64,000 bases of DNA from an uncultured Bacillota bacterium. Lineage in GTDB: Bacteria; Sysuimicrobiota; Sysuimicrobiia; Sysuimicrobiales; Segetimicrobiaceae. The notes beneath the pieces are model-generated. The model made no database searches and was not told the origin of the DNA. It saw nothing but the letters and a program-made list of their open reading frames with translations. The stretch covers positions 8,994 through 72,993 of the forward strand of contig CAWBBU010000013.1 of the NCBI GenBank assembly GCA_963787105.1, written 5' to 3'. Position numbers and translations under genes: made by a program. Position 1 is the stretch's first letter; the number at the start of each line of letters is the position of its first letter. Shown here piece by piece: positions 23,025-32,058 of this stretch.

Positions 23025-24281
23025 TCAGGCGCTAAAGTTGACCTGGTCGACCCAGGTCCACTTCCCGCCCTCTACCTTGTAGACGCTGATGATGCGGTTG
23101 GTCGTGTCGCCGTTCGCGTCGAAGCCGAATGTGCCGAGAATGCTGCTGTAGGACTTCTGACTCGCCACCCACGCCCGGACCTTCTCACGGTCGGGGCCGA
23201 CGGCCTTGACCGCCGAGATGATGAGGTTGGCGCACACGTATGCGTTCGCGCTGTACGCGCCCGGATCGTCGTTGTACTGGGCCTTGTAGGCCGTGAGGAA
23301 CGCCCCCGCCGCCGGCACCTTCGTCGCGTCGATCGCGGCCACCGTGCCGTAGGAGTTTGCGGCCGCGTCGCCGCCGACCTTGAGGAACTCATCCTCCACG
23401 ATGCCGTCGCCGCCCATGTACTTGATCGCGGTCATGCCGACGTCGGGCATCTGCTTGCGGATCAGCCCGCCGCCGGTCGTGGTCACGCCGCCGAAGAACA
23501 GCGCGTCCGGGTTCTCGGACTTGATCTTGGTCAGGATCGCGTGGAAGTCCTGAGTGCCCTTCGGAATCCCGTCGTGGCTCACGACGGTCCCGCCGATCTT
23601 CTTGAACTCCATCTCGACCTGATCGGCGATGCCCTTGCCGTAGGTCTCCTGGTCGTCGAGGATCGCGAGCTTCTTCACCGCGAGCTTGCGGAACATGTAG
23701 TCCGCCGCCACCGGACCCTGCAGGTCGTCCGTCGCGCACACCCGGAAGTAGTTGATCTTGGTCGGGTTCGCCTTCCGCAGCTGGAGCGCGGCCGGCGGCT
23801 TGGTCAGCGTCGGGTTCGTCTGCGACGGGCTGATCTGGGTGATCCCCGCGGCGTTCGTGATCGGAATGGTCGCCTGGGCCACGTTGCTGTTGAAGTTGCC
23901 GACGATGCCGACCACCGAGTTGTCGGCGATCAACTCCTGGACGTTCTTGGCTCCCTGCGCCGGGTCGTGGACGCCGTTCACGGCGTCGTCCTTGAGCGAC
24001 TCGGAGAAGTTGTACATGCCGCCGGCCTTGTTGGCTTCGGCGATCGCCATCAGCACGCCGTTGTTCGTCGGCACGCCGTTCGGCGCCTCGCCGCCGGACA
24101 TCGGCAGATCCACGCCGATCTTGACGTCGGTCATCGCCGCGGCGCTGGCCGAGCGCAGCCCGAGACCGCCGAGCACGCTGAGCGACAGCCCGAGCATCGT
24201 CGCCTTTGCGATCAACTCACGACGGGAAATCTTGCCCGCCTGGAACGCCTGGAGCAGATCCCTCGCTTCACGATCGCCCAT
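23025..24281 (-). CDS. Branched-chain amino acid ABC transporter substrate-binding protein (LivJ/K-like), Tat-type signal
   Basis: ISRRELIAKATMLGL signal; KIGVDLPMSG, QISPSQTNPTLT, FRVCATDDLQG, DDQETYGKGIAD. Confidence 0.9.
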   Translation of the reverse strand: MGDREARDLLQAFQAGKISRRELIAKATMLGLSLSVLGGLGLRSASAAAMTDVKIGVDLPMSGGEAPNGVPTNNGVLMAIAEANKAGGMYNFSESLKDDAVNGVHDPAQGAKNVQELIADNSVVGIVGNFNSNVAQATIPITNAAGITQISPSQTNPTLTKPPAALQLRKANPTKINYFRVCATDDLQGPVAADYMFRKLAVKKLAILDDQETYGKGIADQVEMEFKKIGGTVVSHDGIPKGTQDFHAILTKIKSENPDALFFGGVTTTGGGLIRKQMPDVGMTAIKYMGGDGIVEDEFLKVGGDAAANSYGTVAAIDATKVPAAGAFLTAYKAQYNDDPGAYSANAYVCANLIISAVKAVGPDREKVRAWVASQKSYSSILGTFGFDANGDTTNRIISVYKVEGGKWTWVDQVNFSA

Positions 24282-24641
24282 ATCTTCCCACCCCCTACGA
24301 TTCTCAAGCCCCCTGTGGGGCGATGTCAGGCGTTCGAATCAATTGCGATCAGGTGCCCCGATTCCTCACGCCGGCGACTTCCCGGTCGTCGGCCGCGAGA
24401 CACTGCCCAACGTTAACACGCCTGTAACGAACTCTTACGTTCGCGCCCCCAGGTAAAGTTCCCTCTGCGGATCCGGATCAAATGATTCACCATCGATCGA
24501 TTGGCGGGGAGGAACGACGGAGAGGTCGCGGGAAGATGCGGGGCGGTCACACGCGCGGGAGGGGCGGGGATCAGACGTTCGCCATGCACGCACCGGCGGC
24601 GCCCCGCGGAATCGTACACGCCGGTCACGCGCCGTCGATCG

Positions 24642-25913
24642 TCAGGGATAGATGCCGCGGGTCAGGAGGGCGTCGGCCACCCGGCCGACCGCGCGCACCA
24701 GCGCTCCGGTCCGCATCTCGATCTTTTTCTCCTGGGACACCGCGAGCACATCGCGGTAGCTGCGCACCAGGATCCGCTCCAGCCGCTCATTGATCTCTTC
24801 TTCGGACCAGAAGAACGACTGCAGGTCCTGCACCCACTCGAAGTAGGACACGATGACGCCGCCCGCGTTCGCCAATACGTCCGGGACGATAAACACCTTG
24901 CGCTCGCTCAGGATCTCGTCGGCCTCGGGGGTAATCGGCCCGTTCGCCCCCTCGACGATCATCCGCGCTTTGATGCGGGGCGCATTCTCCGCCGTGATCT
25001 GTCCCTCCATCGCGGCGGGCACCAGGATGTCGCAGGGCAGTTCCAAGAGATCGGCGTTGGTCACCGCATCGCTGCCCCGATACCCCGCGACGCTGCCCGC
25101 CTGCTGCTTGTGACGGAGCAGGTCTTCGGGATCGAGTCCCTCGGCCTGGTACACGCCGCCGCTCGAGTCGCTCGCCGCGATGATCCGACATCCTTGGGCG
25201 TGCAGCGTCTGCGCCGCGATGGCCCCGACGTTGCCGAAGCCCTGCACGACGACGCGGGCGCCGGCGAGCGGCATGCCGAGATGGCGGGCGGTCTCGCGCG
25301 CCACAATCATGACCCCCCGTCCCGTCGCCTCGATCCGGCCCGCCGAGCCGCCGATGGAGATCGGCTTCCCGGTCACCACGGCCGGGACCGAGTAGCCGTG
25401 GTGCATGCTGTACGTGTCCATAATCCAGGCCATGATCTGCGGATTCGTCCCGAGGTCCGGCGCGGGGATGTCGCTCTCCGGCCCGATCAGCATGGCGATC
25501 TCCGTCGCGTACCGCCGGGTCAGATGTTCCAATTCGGTGGGCGAGAGCGTCTTCGGGTCGCAGACCACGCCGCCCTTCGCCCCGCCGTACGGCAGTCCTA
25601 CCACGGCGCACTTCCAGGTCATCAGCATCGCGAGCGCGCGAATCTCTTCCAGCGTGACGTCGGGGTGGTACCGAATGCCGCCCTTCGTCGGTCCGAGCAC
25701 CGTGCTGTGATGGATCCGGTATCCGGTAAACACCTGCACGGACCCGTCCTCGCGCTGGACGGGAAAGTTCACGGTCAGTTCGCGTTTCGGATGAATGAGG
25801 AATTCGCGGATGCCGCGTTTGAGGGACAACAAGTCGGCCGCGCGCGCAAACTGCTTCAGGGCCACCTGCCACGGATCCGCCTGCGGCGCGATCTTCACCG
25901 CCTTGAGTGCCAT
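24642..25913 (-). CDS. gdhA: Glu/Leu/Phe/Val dehydrogenase (glutamate dehydrogenase)
   Basis: GPTKGGIRYHP, MTWKCAVVGLPYGGAKGG, DIPAPD, TGKPISIGGS, QGFGNVG, EGANGP, PDVLANAGGVIVSYFEWVQ. Confidence 0.93.
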   Translation of the reverse strand: MALKAVKIAPQADPWQVALKQFARAADLLSLKRGIREFLIHPKRELTVNFPVQREDGSVQVFTGYRIHHSTVLGPTKGGIRYHPDVTLEEIRALAMLMTWKCAVVGLPYGGAKGGVVCDPKTLSPTELEHLTRRYATEIAMLIGPESDIPAPDLGTNPQIMAWIMDTYSMHHGYSVPAVVTGKPISIGGSAGRIEATGRGVMIVARETARHLGMPLAGARVVVQGFGNVGAIAAQTLHAQGCRIIAASDSSGGVYQAEGLDPEDLLRHKQQAGSVAGYRGSDAVTNADLLELPCDILVPAAMEGQITAENAPRIKARMIVEGANGPITPEADEILSERKVFIVPDVLANAGGVIVSYFEWVQDLQSFFWSEEEINERLERILVRSYRDVLAVSQEKKIEMRTGALVRAVGRVADALLTRGIYP

Positions 25914-25997
25914 CCGCTCCGCCTCCCGGTGACGCGATCTACCCAATTGCGAAGACAGGCTCAGTCCGTCCGCGCAGGGATCTGGGCCGTGCCGTGG

Positions 25998-26897
25998 TCA
26001 CGCGCGCAAATATCGCCGGACCGCGAGCAGGCTGCCCGCGACCCCGATCACTATACCCCAGAGCAAGAGTTTCCAGGACAGATCCAGCGCGACCTCCTGC
26101 GGAGCGGGAAGCGGGAGAAACGGCAGCGAGGCATGCGCGCTTCCGGCGAGCACCGCGTACGAGCCCGCCACCAGCACGAGCGCTGCGAGCGCCCCGCACA
26201 TGCCGGTGACCGCGCCCTCGACGACGAACGGCCACCGCACGAACCATGCGGTCGCCCCCACCAGGCGCATGACCTCGATCTCCGCCCGCCGCGCGTAGAC
26301 CGTCAGCCGGATGGTGCTCGCGATCACCACCAGGGCGATCAGCGCGAGCACGCCGCCCGCGGCCGCGCCGAACCCGCGCACCGCCCGGGTCAGGGCAACC
26401 AGGCGTCCCACCGTCTCGGCGCTGTAGCTCACGCCGTCGGTCCACGGCAGCCGGGCCGCCGCCGCGGCGATCGCCGGCAGCCGTCCCGCGCCGCCCGCGG
26501 TCACGACAAACGAGGCGGGCAGCGGGTTGCGCGCGCCCAGATCGCGGAACTCGGTGCCGCCGCCGACCGATCGCCGGAGCTGGTCCAGCGCCTGCTGCTT
26601 CGACACGTAGGTGATCCGGGTCACGCCCCCGATCGCGCCGAGCCGCCGGCGCGCCGCGGTGATCGCCGCGGGCTTGAGGCCGTCCTTGAGATACACGACG
26701 ACCTGCACCTGCGCCTCGAGATGGCGGGCGATGTACCCGAGCGCGCCGGTCACCGCAAGCGCGCTGCCGAGGGCGATCAGCGTGACGACCGTGATCGTCA
26801 CCGCCGCGACGCTCATGAGGCCGTTCCGGCGGAACGCCTGCAGCCCTTCGGCCACCAAGTACCGGACGTCGCCCGGGGCCGCGCGATGCGACGTCAT
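25998..26897 (-). CDS. ftsX: Cell division permease FtsX
   Basis: RRNGLMSVAAVTIT, YVSKQQALDQL, NPLPASFVV, TIRLTVYARRAEIEVMRLVGATAWFVRWPFVVEG. ATGA overlap with ftsE. Confidence 0.92.
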   Translation of the reverse strand: MTSHRAAPGDVRYLVAEGLQAFRRNGLMSVAAVTITVVTLIALGSALAVTGALGYIARHLEAQVQVVVYLKDGLKPAAITAARRRLGAIGGVTRITYVSKQQALDQLRRSVGGGTEFRDLGARNPLPASFVVTAGGAGRLPAIAAAAARLPWTDGVSYSAETVGRLVALTRAVRGFGAAAGGVLALIALVVIASTIRLTVYARRAEIEVMRLVGATAWFVRWPFVVEGAVTGMCGALAALVLVAGSYAVLAGSAHASLPFLPLPAPQEVALDLSWKLLLWGIVIGVAGSLLAVRRYLRA

Positions 26898-27936
26898 GCG
26901 CCGTCGTACGATCCGCGCGCGTCGTCGCGCACGACGACGCCGGCCTGGATCACCACGACGCGGCGGCGCAGCGCGTCGACGATCACCTTATCATGGGTCG
27001 CGACCACGATCGTGGTCCCCCCCGGTTGATCCGCGAGAGCAGCTGCACGATCTCCCACGAGGACTCCGGATCGAGGTTGCCCGTCGGCTCGTCCGCCAGC
27101 AGGAGCGACGGGTGGTGCACCAGCGCACGCGCGATGCTGATCCGCTGCTGCTCGCCGGCCGAGAGCTGCCCCGGCAGCGAGTCCGCGCGGCCGGCGAGCC
27201 CGACGACCTCGAGCGTCTCGTCGACGCGCGGGGCGATCTCGCGTCCCGGCGTCCCCGTCACTTCGAGCGCGAAGGCGACGTTCTCCCAGGCGGTCTTGCG
27301 CGGCAGCAATTTGAAATCTTGAAATACCACGCCGAGGCGCCGCCGCAGGAACGGGATCTGGCGGACCGGGAGCATGGTCACGTCCGTGCCGTACACCAGC
27401 ACCCGGCCGGCCGTCGGGGCCTCCTCGCGATAGATCAACTTCATCAACGTCGATTTCCCCATGCCGGTCCGCCCGACGATGAACACGAACTCCTCGGGCT
27501 CGATCCGCAGCGACACCCGGTCGAGCGCGGTCATGCCGTTCGGGTAGGTCTTCGTCACCTGGTCAAACTCGACCGCGGCGACCACCGGGTCCCCCACGGC
27601 TCGGGCCCGGACCATGTCGTCGCGGGCGGAGATGGGCGGTGGATCGGGCGCATGATCCTCAGAGGGAACGCCGCGCCCATCGAGCACGGGGGGTGGTGCC
27701 GAGGGCTCGGCTGTGAAAGGCCCCGCCGCCCCGGCGGCCTCGCCGTCCGGGTCTGCCACGTCCCCGTCCGGCATCGGCGGCGGCGCGTCCACGGCGGCCT
27801 CCGGCGCCCCGGACGTCGCCGCGAGCAGCGGGTCCGACACGCGAAATCCGTCGGCCGCCCGAGCGGGCGGGGCCGCATCCGCGGCCGTCGCGGGAGCGGC
27901 GTCCGCGGTTACGCCCGGGGGACGGTCAGATTCCAT
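26894..27936 (-). CDS. ftsE: Cell division ATP-binding protein FtsE with a long N-terminal extension; indel in a 7-G run near 27020
   Basis: GRTGMGKSTL, LRRRLGVVFQDFKLL, LSAGEQQRISIARA, ADEPTGNLDP. The shifted frame continues GTTIVVATHD...RRRVV...GSYDGA to TGA 26894. Confidence 0.88.
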
Positions 27937-28679
27937 CCGCGCACGTCCGACGCCAGGTCGTCATCGGTCATGTCGAGGCGGAGCGGCGTCACCGAGATCC
28001 GTCCCTCCGCCACGGCCCTCACGTCGGTGCCCTCGGCTTCGCTCGCGGCGTCCGGCGACCCCGTGACCCAGTAGTAGTCACGCCCGCGGGGGTCCGCGCG
28101 CTTCTCGAGCCGGTTCACGTAGCGGCGCTGCCCCTGCCGGGTGATCTCGACGCCGCGCAGCGATCCCGCGGGGAGATTCGGCACGTTCACGTTGAGGAAC
28201 GTGTCGGTCGGCAGCCGGTGGCGGGCCACGTGCTGCACGAGCGTCTCGGCAAACTCGACCGCGGGCTCCCAGTGAATGTCGCGGAACGCCGCGACGGACA
28301 GCGCGATCGCCGGGATGCCAAACAAGACCGCCTCGACCGCGCCGGACACCGTCCCGGAATAGATCAAATCCATGCCGAGGTTGGCGCCGACGTTGATGCC
28401 GGACAGCACAATATCCGGCGCCGCGCCGATCAGATCGAGGACCGCGAGCACGACGCAGTCGGCCGGCGTCCCGTTGGTGGACCATCCCGGCACGTCCGTG
28501 TCCCCCACCCGGACCCGCGTGGCGCGGAGCGGCTTGTGCAGGGTGATCGCATGGCTCGCGGCGCTCCGCTCATGTTCCGGCGCGACGACAAAGGTCTCGG
28601 CGACCCGGCTGAGGCCGCGCGCGAGCGCGATGAGACCCGGTGAGGTCACCCCATCGTCGTTGGTCACGAGAACGCGCAT
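27909..28679 (-). CDS. surE: 5'/3'-nucleotidase SurE
   Basis: MRVLVTNDDG, VAPEHERSAASHAITL, GTPADCV, SGINVGANLG, YSGTVSGAVE. Confidence 0.95.
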   Translation of the reverse strand: MRVLVTNDDGVTSPGLIALARGLSRVAETFVVAPEHERSAASHAITLHKPLRATRVRVGDTDVPGWSTNGTPADCVVLAVLDLIGAAPDIVLSGINVGANLGMDLIYSGTVSGAVEAVLFGIPAIALSVAAFRDIHWEPAVEFAETLVQHVARHRLPTDTFLNVNVPNLPAGSLRGVEITRQGQRRYVNRLEKRADPRGRDYYWVTGSPDAASEAEGTDVRAVAEGRISVTPLRLDMTDDDLASDVRGWNLTVPRA

Positions 28680-28706
28680 TCCCACTCCTCGTCTCTGAGC
28701 GGCGCC

Positions 28707-29219
28707 TTAGGCCGTCGTGTCGAGCACGGCGCGAAACGCATCGTACGCCGATGCGTCGTACAACACGAAGACGACCTCGTCCAACCCGCGGCGGCCGCGA
28801 AGGTGGGCGACCGTCTCCTCGAGCATCGCGGCGGCCGCCCGGTCGAGCGGAAAACCGCCGACCCCGGTCCCGAGCGCGGGGAACGCCACAGACCGGAGCC
28901 CGAGCGCTTCGGCGGCGCCCAGCGCGCTCCGCGTCGCCATCCGGATCGCCCGCTCGCTCGTGACGAGATCTTGGCCCATCGTCACGGCGTGAATCACGTA
29001 GCGCGCGGGCAGGCGCCCGGCTCCGGTCGCGACCGCCTCGCCGACCCGCACGGGCCCATGGGCCACAGCCTCGCGCTCGATGCCGGGTCCGCCCCGGCGC
29101 GCGATCGCTCCGGCGACACCGCCGCCCATCCACAGACGGTCGTTGGCCGCGTTGACGACCGCGTCCACCGCCCACTCCGTCAGATCACCCTGACACAGCC
29201 GGATCCGCGCCGACCCCAC
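28707..29219 (-). CDS. Macro domain protein (YmdB / O-acetyl-ADP-ribose deacetylase-like)
   Basis: GDLT, DAVVNAAN, GGGVAGAI, YVIHAV, SVAFPALGTGVGGF. Confidence 0.9.
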   Translation of the reverse strand: MGSARIRLCQGDLTEWAVDAVVNAANDRLWMGGGVAGAIARRGGPGIEREAVAHGPVRVGEAVATGAGRLPARYVIHAVTMGQDLVTSERAIRMATRSALGAAEALGLRSVAFPALGTGVGGFPLDRAAAAMLEETVAHLRGRRGLDEVVFVLYDASAYDAFRAVLDTTA

Positions 29220-29291
29220 CCGACGCTCGACCGTCGGGTCGCCCGGGGTTCATGCGCGGCGGCGGGGAGACCGGGGACGCATGAACGATCG

Positions 29292-30461
29292 TCAGTCCTG
29301 GTCCCGCCACCAGTCCGGGGACACGTCCTTCTTCTTATATGTCTTAACGACGGGCCGGGTGCCGGCCTTCTCACGGGCCACGCGCTTGCGCAGTTCCTCG
29401 TATTCATGCAGATTCGTCAGCATCTTTAGCGCGTCCCAGATCGCTTCCTCGACCTGTCCGCCGTCCTTCAGCAAGAGGTCGATCAGCGGCTCGATCACGC
29501 GCTTGTCCCGCAGTTTGCTCAAGAGACGCACGGAGAGCCGCCGCACATCCGGATCGTCATCCGCGAGGTAGCGGAGCAGCGGCTCAAAGGACGCCTCGCC
29601 GAGCAGCCCGTACAGCGCCTTCAGCGCGAACCGCCGGACCTTCCCGCTCGGATTCTCCATGGCCCCATAGAGGGCCGCGAGCACCGACTCCCGGTCACCC
29701 TGCGCGAGCGCGTGTACGACCTCCGCGGGCAGCAGGGCGTCGCGGTCGCCGGCGGGCATCGCCAGCACGCCGCGCTCCTCCAGCCGCCCGATCGTCCCCA
29801 CCGCGGTTTCCTGCAGCCGGGGATCGGTGAGGAACGTGTGCAGCATCGGCGCCACGACGCGCAGGTCGCCGACGCGGCCGAGAATGGTGAGCGCGCTCAG
29901 CCGCACGTAGTAGTTTTCGTCATCGAGGACCGCGAGCAGCGGATCCATGATCCGCGGGCCCATCTCCGTCAGGAGCCGCCAGACCTGCGGCCCGATGCGG
30001 CGCCGGAGATACCGGTCCTTGAACCCCTCCATGAGGGCCGGGACCGCGTCGGGGCCGATGCGCGAGAGCGCTTCGGTGGCGGCGGACACGAGCGACCGTT
30101 CACGCCGCGCGAGCACCTTGATCAGCGCCTCGACGGCGCCGCCGTCCCGGAGCTCCCCGAGCCCCTTGACCGCCTGCACGCAGACCTGCTCTGAGCGGTC
30201 GGCGAGCGCCGCCCGCATCGCTTCCATCGCGCCATGGCCGCCGATTCGCCGCAGCGCCATCACGGCGCTCTTGCGCACATACTCGTCCTGGTCCCGCAAT
30301 GCTTCCGCCAGCGCCGGGACGGCCCGCTCGTCCGCGAGCTTACCGAGCGCGTGTGCGGCATCGCTGCGCAGCGTGACATCGGTGCTGCGCAGCTGCCCTA
30401 CCAGATATTGCAGTTCTTGATCTGCTCCCGGCTCGGGCCGCGGAGCCGACGTGGTGCTCAT
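29292..30461 (-). CDS. HEAT / PBS-lyase repeat protein
   Basis: Repeated units such as AAHALGKLADERAVPALAEALRDQDEYVRKSAVMALRRIG. Confidence 0.85.
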   Translation of the reverse strand: MSTTSAPRPEPGADQELQYLVGQLRSTDVTLRSDAAHALGKLADERAVPALAEALRDQDEYVRKSAVMALRRIGGHGAMEAMRAALADRSEQVCVQAVKGLGELRDGGAVEALIKVLARRERSLVSAATEALSRIGPDAVPALMEGFKDRYLRRRIGPQVWRLLTEMGPRIMDPLLAVLDDENYYVRLSALTILGRVGDLRVVAPMLHTFLTDPRLQETAVGTIGRLEERGVLAMPAGDRDALLPAEVVHALAQGDRESVLAALYGAMENPSGKVRRFALKALYGLLGEASFEPLLRYLADDDPDVRRLSVRLLSKLRDKRVIEPLIDLLLKDGGQVEEAIWDALKMLTNLHEYEELRKRVAREKAGTRPVVKTYKKKDVSPDWWRDQD

Positions 30462-30516
30462 AGGAACAGCTCCTCCCGTATTCGTCGAGACGTTCGCCGC
30501 TTGGCAGAACCTCTCC

Positions 30517-30546
30517 TTGATTAATGGTACACCCTCGGTCTATACT
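30517..30546 (+). promoter_or_regulatory. Sigma70-type promoter for the nuclease-like ORF and hpt
   Basis: TTGATT (30517-22) - 18 bp - TATACT (30541-46). Confidence 0.55.
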
Positions 30547-30582
30547 AACTCCAGAGCCGTACTTTGGAGGACGCACCCGGCA

Positions 30583-30945
30583 GTGAAGGGCTCGCGTGAC
30601 GCCAACGCCGGATCGGTGCATTTCGCGCACGAGAGCGAGGCCGAATTCGCGAAGATCCTCGATTTTTACGGGATTCGCTGGGAATACGAGCCTCAAAGTT
30701 TCCCCATCCGCTGGGACGATCAGGGCCGCGCGATCGAAAAGTTTAGCCCCGACTTCTACCTACGCGACCTTGACCTGTACATCGAGCTCACGACCCTCAA
30801 ACAAAGCCTCGTCACGAAAAAGAATCGCAAGGTCCGCCGCCTGCGGGAATTGTACCCGCACATCAACGTCAAGATCTTCTACGGGCGAGACTTCCGTCAG
30901 CTGCTGCTCAAGTACGGGGTCGAACCCACCGCGGTCGCCCCGTGA
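30583..30945 (+). CDS. Small PD-(D/E)xK-nuclease-like protein
   Basis: FAHESEAEFAKILDFYGIRWEYEP...FSPDFYL...YIELTT. GGAGG lies upstream of GTG 30583; GTGA overlap with hpt. Confidence 0.65.
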   Translation: MKGSRDANAGSVHFAHESEAEFAKILDFYGIRWEYEPQSFPIRWDDQGRAIEKFSPDFYLRDLDLYIELTTLKQSLVTKKNRKVRRLRELYPHINVKIFYGRDFRQLLLKYGVEPTAVAP

Positions 30946-31523
30946 ACGACGCCGCCCGGGACGTCGCGGCGGTCGTCCTGACGACGGAGCAAATCGCGGC
31001 GACGGTGGGCGAGCTCGCCGCGGCCATCTCGCGCGACTATGTCGGCCGGGTGCCGCTGCTCGTCTCGGCCTTGAAGGGCGCGGTCTACTTCCTGACCGAT
31101 CTCACGCGGGCGATCGACATCCCGGTAGAGATCGACTTCATCGCGATCACGCGCTATGGAAGCACGCGCCCGCAGAGCGGTGTCGTGCGGCTGATCAAAG
31201 ACCTCGACGTCGAAATTACGGGACGCGATGTGGTGCTGGTGGAGGACATCATCGACACCGGGCTGACCGCCGGCTATCTGCTCCGCCTGCTCGGCGCGCG
31301 CGCGCCCGCGAGCCTGCGCATCTGCACACTGCTCGACCGGCCGCACCGGCGAATCCTCGACACATTAGAAATCGCGTATCGCGGGGTGGAAATTCCCGAC
31401 CGCTTCGTGGTCGGCTACGGACTCGATTATCGGGAGCAGTACCGGCATCTCCCGTTCATCGGGGCGCTCAAGGACGAGATTCTTCGCGGCGCGGTGTCCT
31501 CCACCTCGGAACGATCCACCTAG
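30942..31523 (+). CDS. hpt: Hypoxanthine phosphoribosyltransferase
   Basis: LKGAVYFLTDL, PRPP loop VLVEDIIDTGLT, FVVGYGLDY.E.YRHLPFI. Confidence 0.88.
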   Translation: MNDAARDVAAVVLTTEQIAATVGELAAAISRDYVGRVPLLVSALKGAVYFLTDLTRAIDIPVEIDFIAITRYGSTRPQSGVVRLIKDLDVEITGRDVVLVEDIIDTGLTAGYLLRLLGARAPASLRICTLLDRPHRRILDTLEIAYRGVEIPDRFVVGYGLDYREQYRHLPFIGALKDEILRGAVSSTSERST

Positions 31524-31543
31524 CCCCGGCGACGCGGCGCCGC

Positions 31544-32008
31544 CTACACCCGCGATACGACCCACAGCGCGCCGCCCACGGCGACCAGGTCCTCGAGCAC
31601 GGCCACCACGAAATCCGGCGCGCCGAGCGCCTGCACGAGGCGGGTGCGGGCCGCGTGGCCTCCAAAGCTTCCCACGATCCCGCCGACCGCGCCGATGATC
31701 GCCCCGACCGCCGCACCCTGCGCGCCCGCCGCGGCGAGACACGCGCCCGTGAGCGCGCCCATCACGATGCGGGCGCTGAGGCCGGCGGGCGCGGTGCGGG
31801 ACGGCGTCCGCGGCAGCTTATCGGCGACAAGCTCGGCGAGTGCCAGCAGCGTGAAGACCGCGACCGCAGGGGCGGCGCCGATCCAGGACAGCGTGCGCGG
31901 GAGCCGGAGCCAGCCGAGATGCGCGCCCCACGCGGTGGCGGCCGGCGGTGTCAGGGACCGCAGCCCCACGAGCACGCCCCCGAGGAACGCCCATCCGAGC
32001 ACCGGCAT
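31544..32008 (-). CDS. DUF4126-family membrane protein
   Basis: GLRSLTPPA, ELVADKLPRTPSRT...L.ARIVMGA, VAVLEDLVAVG. Confidence 0.75.
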   Translation of the reverse strand: MPVLGWAFLGGVLVGLRSLTPPAATAWGAHLGWLRLPRTLSWIGAAPAVAVFTLLALAELVADKLPRTPSRTAPAGLSARIVMGALTGACLAAAGAQGAAVGAIIGAVGGIVGSFGGHAARTRLVQALGAPDFVVAVLEDLVAVGGALWVVSRV

Positions 32009-32058
32009 CGACGCACCCTCCTCCGCGTCCGGTCAGGCGCGGGACGCCCGCGCGAGCG

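Noticed and set aside
24428-24443. CGAAC-TCTTAC-GTTCG upstream of the liv operon as a second LexA box
   Set aside because: The spacer is 6 nt rather than 4 and the target is not a repair gene. It may be another regulator's site, but I cannot assign it.
24492-24501. Perfect palindrome ATCGATCGAT in the liv-gdhA intergenic region
   Set aside because: It is short and of low complexity (ATCG repeat), with no second copy or other support.
28707-31523. Macro + HEAT + nuclease-like + PRTase genes as an antiphage defence island
   Set aside because: The context is housekeeping (surE, ftsEX, gdhA), GC is typical, there are no mobility genes, and the macro domain is a standard YmdB type. The nuclease-hpt pair is reported separately without a defence claim.
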